Below, piece after piece: positions 6,227 to 11,565 of a DNA stretch of 11,565 nucleotides (positions are counted from its first letter, which is position 1; each line of letters begins with the position of its first letter). Below the pieces are notes generated by a model, which was given only the letters and a program-made list of their open reading frames with translations, was not told the DNA's origin and did no database searches. The translations under genes were made by a program, and so were the position numbers. Origin of the DNA: Candidatus Iainarchaeum sp. (GTDB lineage Archaea; Iainarchaeota; Iainarchaeia; JAGGVJ01); assembly GCA_021158055.1 (NCBI GenBank), contig JAGGVJ010000032.1:1-11565 (forward strand). Direction: 5' to 3'.

Positions 6227-8587
6227 TTAGCTTTCATTCTCCTGCTTTATTTCTTCTGCACCGGCGCCTGCAACGGAACTGTCCTGTTCCTGGGCAGCTT
6301 TCGCAATCATAGAAGACGATGAAACCGAGTACTTTTGGCGGTCGCGCAGTTCCTGTTGTTTTCCTTTGTTCCAGGAACTGACTTTTTGCACGTATCCGGT
6401 TATCCTGCTGTACCCCTCAACGTTTGTTGAGTTGCAGTGGCTGCATTTATCGACGAGTGTTTGCGACACTTTTGAGCAGTCAGAGCACAAGGTGTAGTCT
6501 TTGGTGTATGCAAAGTAAGATGCAAGGGTGTTTTTTGCAATTTTTTTCGTCAACTCGTTTATTGCAATCGGGCTCGGGTTTGCTTCTCCAAGGAACATGT
6601 GGTTCATTGTGCCTCCTGAGAGAAGGGGGTGAAAGGATGATTCGATTTTCATCCTGTCAAACAAGCCGATATCAGCAGATGGCCGCACATGCGCACCGTT
6701 TGTGTAATAGATGTCCTCTGTGTTTTTGTTTCCCTGCACGTGCGCGTTTGGATATTTTTTGATGTCGATTTTAGGAAGCCTGTAAGACGCGCTTTCTGCG
6801 GGGGTTCGCGAGAGAACAAATCTTTTTCCGGTTTCTTTTGCAATGTCTGCAACTATTTCTTTTAGCGTGTTTATTGTTTTTAGCCCGAAGTCCCATGCTT
6901 CTTTTGAAGAGTGGAGTTCTTCCCCCATGTGGTTCAAGAGCATTTCATTCAGGCCTATGAACCCTATTTCAAGCGCCTGTTCGTCTAGGTCATAGTACAG
7001 CGTGCCTTTTTCATCAATTGGTTGGCTTAAAAATGGCAGTACTCCTGAAGACAGGCGTTTCTTTATGACTTCTTGTTTTTTTATAAGCATGTCTCGTGCC
7101 AGCTCGGCGCGTTCCCTCATCAATTCAAAAAGCTTGTTGTCGTCTCCGCCCGACTCAAGGCCTATTCTCGGCAGGTTCAAGGTGACTACCTGCAGTGCAC
7201 CGCCCCTGACAGTTCCGTTGTGAAGGTCGCTTTCGGTTGTCTGGTCTGAAAGCGGCATCAAATATGCGCAGCATTGGTAGCACGCGAATTCTGGCAGGTA
7301 CGGCTGGTTTATGAAGTAGTAAGGGGTGCCGAATTTTGCAGCAAGTTCGCTTACTTTCATCCAGCTGTCTTCATATTGGTTTGCTATCTTCGGGTTGTAT
7401 GTGACTTCGCATTTCGGGAAGCTGAATGGTTTTTCAAGCGCGTCCCCTTCAGTGTAAACGTCAATGAACGCGTCAAACAGTTTGTGCGTTTCGTCGGCGT
7501 AGTCTGCGTATGTTTTGCTTTCAGTTACTTTTCCTCCCGGAAGCACCGCCGGAATGTCTTCAAGAGTTTTTGGAACGTCCGGCTGGATGTTTATGCTTGA
7601 GAATACCACTTGCCCCCCGCGGGCAACGTACATTTGGCTCATTTCGTAAATCATTATTTGAGCCGCCTGCTTGTAGTCGGAGTAGCTTTTGCCTTCAAGG
7701 AACGGTGACATCAGGATGTTGAACCAGCTGAATCCCTGTCCTCCCGCAAAGTTGGTTTGTGCTGCCGCAAGTACTTTTGCAGCGTGCGACATTGCTACAG
7801 CATAGTGTTTTGCAGGCTTTGAGGTTGCTGTGTGAAGCCCGCGCCCGTCTGCCTTGAATCCGTTTTTTAGGAAGAACCTTATGTCGTGCGAGAAACAAAA
7901 AGGCCTTATTGGGAAGTAGTCAAGGTCGTGGATGTGAATTGCCCCGTTCATGTGGGCGTCTGCCTGATTCCTGTCAAGCACTTTTATGAGGGTGTATTCC
8001 CTCATCACGCTGTCTGCAATCAGCTTGTGGATGGTTTCGGGGTTGTGCTGCAGGTTTGCGTTTTCGGTGCTCCCCCCGTCGATCAGTTTGTTCACGTCAT
8101 AGACCGGCATTCCAAGCCTTGTGTAGTCAAGACGGGCTTTTTCAAGTCCGCTTTCAATGAGTTTTGAGTCGACCAGTTCTCTTATGAGCGGCGCTGAAAC
8201 AAAATCAAGTTTTAGTTTTTGGAGCTCTTCTTCTACGGAAGAGGATATCTGGTTTGAGAGGTCTGTTGAAAGTCCTGTTTCGCGTGTGAGGGATTCAGCG
8301 ATTCTGTCGCGGTCAAATGATTCTATTTCCATGTTGTTTGTGCGCACTTTTATCGTGAAAAGAGAGTGGTATTTCATCGCGACTTTTGCGTTTGTTTTCC
8401 CGAGTTCTTTTATTGCCTCGTATCGCAGTTCGCGCAAAGTGTTTGTGTTTGAGTTAAGTTTGAGCTTGTCAATCACCTCAACTGTTTCCCATATGCTTGC
8501 GCCGCATCTGACGCATTCGTTGCTTATCTGTTCAAGGTAGTTATTTTTTGTTTTTGCGAGTTCAAAGTTTTTTTTGTTTTCTGGCAT
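6227..8587 (-). CDS. nrdD: Anaerobic (class III) ribonucleoside-triphosphate reductase, 786 aa, with N-terminal ATP-cone region
   Basis: AHMNGAIHIHDL, PFCFSH, finger-loop QCC, TPAES, YYTN, Zn sites CSDC/CSHC and the glycyl-radical motif SRITGY (6392-6409). The start is placed at ATG 8587, which has GGAGGG 5 nt upstream, rather than TTG 8623. Confidence 0.96.
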   Translation of the reverse strand: MPENKKNFELAKTKNNYLEQISNECVRCGASIWETVEVIDKLKLNSNTNTLRELRYEAIKELGKTNAKVAMKYHSLFTIKVRTNNMEIESFDRDRIAESLTRETGLSTDLSNQISSSVEEELQKLKLDFVSAPLIRELVDSKLIESGLEKARLDYTRLGMPVYDVNKLIDGGSTENANLQHNPETIHKLIADSVMREYTLIKVLDRNQADAHMNGAIHIHDLDYFPIRPFCFSHDIRFFLKNGFKADGRGLHTATSKPAKHYAVAMSHAAKVLAAAQTNFAGGQGFSWFNILMSPFLEGKSYSDYKQAAQIMIYEMSQMYVARGGQVVFSSINIQPDVPKTLEDIPAVLPGGKVTESKTYADYADETHKLFDAFIDVYTEGDALEKPFSFPKCEVTYNPKIANQYEDSWMKVSELAAKFGTPYYFINQPYLPEFACYQCCAYLMPLSDQTTESDLHNGTVRGGALQVVTLNLPRIGLESGGDDNKLFELMRERAELARDMLIKKQEVIKKRLSSGVLPFLSQPIDEKGTLYYDLDEQALEIGFIGLNEMLLNHMGEELHSSKEAWDFGLKTINTLKEIVADIAKETGKRFVLSRTPAESASYRLPKIDIKKYPNAHVQGNKNTEDIYYTNGAHVRPSADIGLFDRMKIESSFHPLLSGGTMNHMFLGEANPSPIAINELTKKIAKNTLASYFAYTKDYTLCSDCSKVSQTLVDKCSHCNSTNVEGYSRITGYVQKVSSWNKGKQQELRDRQKYSVSSSSMIAKAAQEQDSSVAGAGAEEIKQENES

Positions 8588-8618
8588 GCTATCCCTCCAT
8601 TTTGATTTGATTGGAAAA

Positions 8619-8719
8619 ACCAATTGGTAATCTGTTTACGAATCAATTGATAATTGGTTTACGAATCAATTGATAATTGGTTTACGAATCAATTGATAAT
8701 TGGTTTACGAATCAATTGA
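8619..8719. repeat. Tandem 23-bp repeat (GTTTACGAATCAATTGATAATTG), 3.7 perfect copies plus one degenerate copy, each carrying a 10-bp palindrome
   Basis: Units at 8634-8656, 8657-8679, 8680-8702 and partial 8703-8719. Palindrome ATCAATTGAT at 8642, 8665, 8688 and (9/10) 8711; variant ACCAATTGGT at 8619 in the same 23-bp phase. Confidence 0.97.
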
Positions 8720-8761
8720 AATTAATTTAGTACAGATTATGAAGAAAAGAGTAAAAACTTG

Positions 8762-8769
8762 TTAATATA
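8762..8769 (-). promoter_or_regulatory. Candidate TATA box for nrdD
   Basis: The minus strand reads CAAAACA-TATATTAA; a second candidate, TTTTTATAT, lies at 8792-8800. The region is AT-rich, so the assignment is uncertain. Confidence 0.3.
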
Positions 8770-8977
8770 TGTTTTGTGTAAGTAAAAATTGATATAAAAA
8801 GCAAACATTTTTCATCAAAAATCTTCATTTTTCAAACATTTTTAGTAATTATTAAATACTTTTGTATATCATAACTGTATTGTGGGTATGTATTGTGTAT
8901 ATCTTGGAATAGTGTTGTGTTATGTTAGAATGCTGTTGCTGTGTCTTGGGTTGTCAGATGTTTGAGGTGGTTGCGGA

Positions 8978-9451
8978 ATGGAAGGTGAAATTGATGAAAT
9001 TGACAAAAAAATTCTTGCGTTGCTTTTAACAGATGGAAGGGCGTCTTTTAGCAGGATTGCAGAGGAAGTCACATTGACTGACGTGGCAGTCAAAAGGCGT
9101 GTTGAAAAAATGTTTGATTCGGGAGTTATTTCAGGCATTCACGCAAAGATAAATCCTAAAAAGCTCGGGTTTGGCTACACAGTTGTTTTTCTGGTTTCGG
9201 TTGAAGCAGGTAAAATTCAGCAGGCAGCTGTTGAGATAGCTGAAATTCAAAATGTTGTCGAAGTGTTTCAGGTAATGGGTGAAAAAAACCTTTTGGTAAA
9301 AATTTATGCAAAAGACATGGATCACGCAAAGAAATTCGCTGACGAGTTTGGGAGAATCAACGGTGTAATCAGTTACAGCACGAATGTTGTTTTGGATTCG
9401 TTTAAAGAAAGTTTTGGCTTGTTTGATTTTTCAAATTTCCAAAGCATTTAA
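8978..9451 (+). CDS. Lrp/AsnC family transcriptional regulator, 157 aa
   Basis: N-terminal HTH (IDEIDKKILALLLTDGRASFSRIAEEV...AVKRRVEKM...GVI) and a RAM domain (VVEVFQVMGEKNLLVKI); GAGGTGG RBS at 8964-8970. Confidence 0.95.
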   Translation: MEGEIDEIDKKILALLLTDGRASFSRIAEEVTLTDVAVKRRVEKMFDSGVISGIHAKINPKKLGFGYTVVFLVSVEAGKIQQAAVEIAEIQNVVEVFQVMGEKNLLVKIYAKDMDHAKKFADEFGRINGVISYSTNVVLDSFKESFGLFDFSNFQSI

Positions 9452-9462
9452 AGCATTAAGAC

Positions 9463-9494
9463 CTTAAATTTAAGTATAGGCCTTAATTTAAGGC
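9463..9494. promoter_or_regulatory. Paired inverted repeats overlapping the probable topA promoter
   Basis: CTTAAATTTAAG (9463-9474, perfect palindrome) and GCCTTAA-T-TTAAGGC (9480-9494); both contain TATA-like TTAAAT/TTTAA sequence. Confidence 0.5.
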
Positions 9495-9520
9495 TTTAAT
9501 ATTCCATTTTTTGTGTTTGA

Positions 9521-11565
9521 ATGAGACTGATAATTTCTGAAAAAGTAATTGCCGGAAACAAGATTGCGGCTATTCTCAGCAACGGCACTGCAGAAAAGAG
9601 ATTTTCAGGGAAAATTCCTGTTTGGAATTTTGAGTTTCAGGGCGAAAAAACAACTGTGATTCCTCTTTCAGGTCACATTCTTGATGTTGATTACCCGAGA
9701 AAGTACAATTCCTGGCTTGGAACAGACCTTGAAAAACTTATTACTGTTGAACCTGATTACAAGCATTCTGCAGTGGCAATAATCCACGCGCTTAAAGAGC
9801 ATGCAAAAGACGCTGACCGAATTACGATCGCAACTGATTCTGACCGCGAGGGAGAGTCAATTGGGCTTGAAGCAGTTGAAGTGGTACAGGCTTTGAACAA
9901 AAACGTAAAAGTTGACCGTGCAAGGTTCAGCGCCATGACTTCGGAAGAGCTGACTCATGCTTTTGACCAAAAAAACATTGAGCCCTTGAATTTCAACCTT
10001 GCTTACGCCGCAAATGCAAGGCGGGAAATTGACCTTGTGTGGGGTGCGGTTTTAACAAGGTTTTTGTCTCTTTCAAGCGGAAGAATGGGCAGGGATTTTT
10101 TGAGTGCCGGTCGCGTTCAGTCGCCTGCTTTGGCTTTGCTTGTGGACAGGGAAAAAGATATTCTCAAGTTCAAGCCCGTGCCTTTTTGGGTTGTTTCCGC
10201 GCTTCTTGAGAAAGACAAAGTGGATTTTGAAGCTCTTCACGAGAAAAAAACATTCAGCAACGCGGAAGATGCAAACGAAGCTGTCGGAAACTGCGAGGAT
10301 CCGGCGCTGGTTACGGCTGTTTCAAAAAGAAAGAAAATTTTGAAAAAACCGGTCCCGTTTAATACGACTGCATTTTTGCAGGCCGCAAACGCCTTGAATA
10401 TTTCTGCTGCCGAAGCAATGATGATTGCCGAAAGCCTTTACATGGATGGTTACACGAGTTACCCGAGAACCGACAATCAGGTTTATGAAAAGTCCATTGA
10501 CCTGAAAGGGATCCTGAAAAATCTTGAATCAAGCCCGTGGTTTAAAAAAGAGGCGCGTGAGTTGCTTGACCAGCCAAAGATTGAGCCGAGCGCGGGGAAA
10601 AAAGCAGAGGACCACCCTCCGATTCACCCGGTTGATTTTCCGAAAAAGAAATTGCCTGATAAGTACTGGAAGATTTATGAATTGATTGTAAGGCGGTTTT
10701 TTGCTACTCTTTCAACTGACTGCATTTTGAACGCCGTTAATGTGAAGCTGGTGATTGGCACTGAAAAATTTCAGTCAAACGGCCAGACAATTGTTGACCC
10801 CGGCTGGAAGAAATATTATCCTTATTCAAAGACAACTGAAGTGGTTTTGCCTGAATTGGTCAAGGGCGACAATGCCAAAGTAATTGAAGTGAAATCCGAA
10901 AAGAAGGAAACAAAACCCCCGCAGCGTTTTTCACAGGGATCCCTTATTAAGAGAATGGAGGATATGGGTATCGGGACAAAGTCCACTCGCCACGAGATAA
11001 TCAAAAAACTTCAAAACAGGCGTTATGTGAACGCGGGAAAAGTTCTTCAGCCGACGTCTTTGGCTTTTGCTGTCATCGGTTCTCTTGAAAAGGGCGCGAA
11101 AGAAATTGTGCTTTCTGAAATGACTTCAAAGCTTGAAGAAGAAATGGATCTGATTGCTGCAAAGAAGAAGACAAAAAAAGAAGTGACTGTTGATTCTCAA
11201 GACATATTGAAGGAAGCCCTTAAAAAACTGAAAAAAACACAGAAGGAGTCAGTGGGTTTCATTAGAAGCGCGGTTGCTGACGCAAACATTGTCGGAAAAT
11301 GCCCGAAGTGCAACAAAGGTGATTTGAGATTGATCAAGTCAAAGGCAACCGGAAAAAGGTTTATCGGCTGCTCAAATTATCCCGAGTGCAGCAACAGTTT
11401 TCCTGCTCCTCAAGAGGGCCAGATAATTGCTTTAAAGACGCCGTGTCCCGAGTGCGGTCTTCCGCAGATAAAAGTGACCAGAAAACATTCGAGAGGTTAC
11501 CAGATGTGCATTGATCCCAAGTGCAAGTCAAAAGAAGGCTGGGGAAAAAAGAAAACTGATTCTAA
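9521..11565 (+). CDS. topA: DNA topoisomerase IA (archaeal TopA), at least 681 aa, 3' end runs off the window
   Basis: Translated by hand from ATG 9521: MRLIISEK (TOPRIM), LSGHI, ATDSDREGE, LSAGRVQSPAL, catalytic SYPRTD (Tyr at 10460-10462), DHPPIHP, GIGTKSTR, and zinc ribbons CPKC..CSNYPEC and CPEC..CIDPKC. No stop occurs before the window end, which explains its absence from the ORF track. Confidence 0.97.
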   Translation, partial: MRLIISEKVIAGNKIAAILSNGTAEKRFSGKIPVWNFEFQGEKTTVIPLSGHILDVDYPRKYNSWLGTDLEKLITVEPDYKHSAVAIIHALKEHAKDADRITIATDSDREGESIGLEAVEVVQALNKNVKVDRARFSAMTSEELTHAFDQKNIEPLNFNLAYAANARREIDLVWGAVLTRFLSLSSGRMGRDFLSAGRVQSPALALLVDREKDILKFKPVPFWVVSALLEKDKVDFEALHEKKTFSNAEDANEAVGNCEDPALVTAVSKRKKILKKPVPFNTTAFLQAANALNISAAEAMMIAESLYMDGYTSYPRTDNQVYEKSIDLKGILKNLESSPWFKKEARELLDQPKIEPSAGKKAEDHPPIHPVDFPKKKLPDKYWKIYELIVRRFFATLSTDCILNAVNVKLVIGTEKFQSNGQTIVDPGWKKYYPYSKTTEVVLPELVKGDNAKVIEVKSEKKETKPPQRFSQGSLIKRMEDMGIGTKSTRHEIIKKLQNRRYVNAGKVLQPTSLAFAVIGSLEKGAKEIVLSEMTSKLEEEMDLIAAKKKTKKEVTVDSQDILKEALKKLKKTQKESVGFIRSAVADANIVGKCPKCNKGDLRLIKSKATGKRFIGCSNYPECSNSFPAPQEGQIIALKTPCPECGLPQIKVTRKHSRGYQMCIDPKCKSKEGWGKKKTDS

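Noticed and set aside
8588-8623. TTG-initiated N-terminal extension of NrdD from the ORF track
   Set aside because: ATG 8587 has a strong GGAGGG RBS, whereas the TTG lies inside the palindromic repeat.
8634-8719. CRISPR array or repeat-encoded peptide
   Set aside because: No spacers; the 23-bp period is not a multiple of 3 and the units contain stop codons.
8755-8780. NrdR box upstream of nrdD
   Set aside because: Only the ATATAT core matches; the flanking C/G positions do not, and a TATA box explains it as well.
8876-8897. Direct repeat TGTATTGTG x2 in the lrp leader
   Set aside because: It lies in low-complexity G/T-rich sequence and has no further support.
646-11004. Many short antisense or alternative-frame ORFs (e.g. 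2062-2646, 3095-3667, 5902-6216, 8157-8540, 10104-10343)
   Set aside because: They overlap well-supported genes and show no recognisable motifs, so they are shadow ORFs.
6227-11565. Inteins or introns in nrdD and topA
   Set aside because: Motif spacing and lengths are normal, with no LAGLIDADG or splice-junction signatures.

Overview
Archaeal-looking chromosomal segment (probably a DPANN-type lineage; this is inferred from gene types and promoter/RBS style). From left to right: five perfect 22-bp tandem repeats at the window edge, a small membrane protein, a full-length archaeal-type IleRS paralog that has lost HIGH, KMSKS and the Ile-binding motifs but keeps all four Zn CXXC motifs and the editing-site Asp, a MiaB/MtaB-family tRNA methylthiotransferase and a multi-TM protein. 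Next, on the minus strand, are a class III ribonucleotide reductase NrdD and a thioredoxin/NrdH-like gene. A 23-bp tandem array of palindromes lies between nrdD and a divergent Lrp/AsnC regulator. Last is a type IA topoisomerase that runs off the window end and is absent from the ORF track. The best novelty candidates are the apparently catalytically dead IleRS-like protein beside a tRNA-modifying enzyme and the two intergenic tandem arrays with similar architecture.
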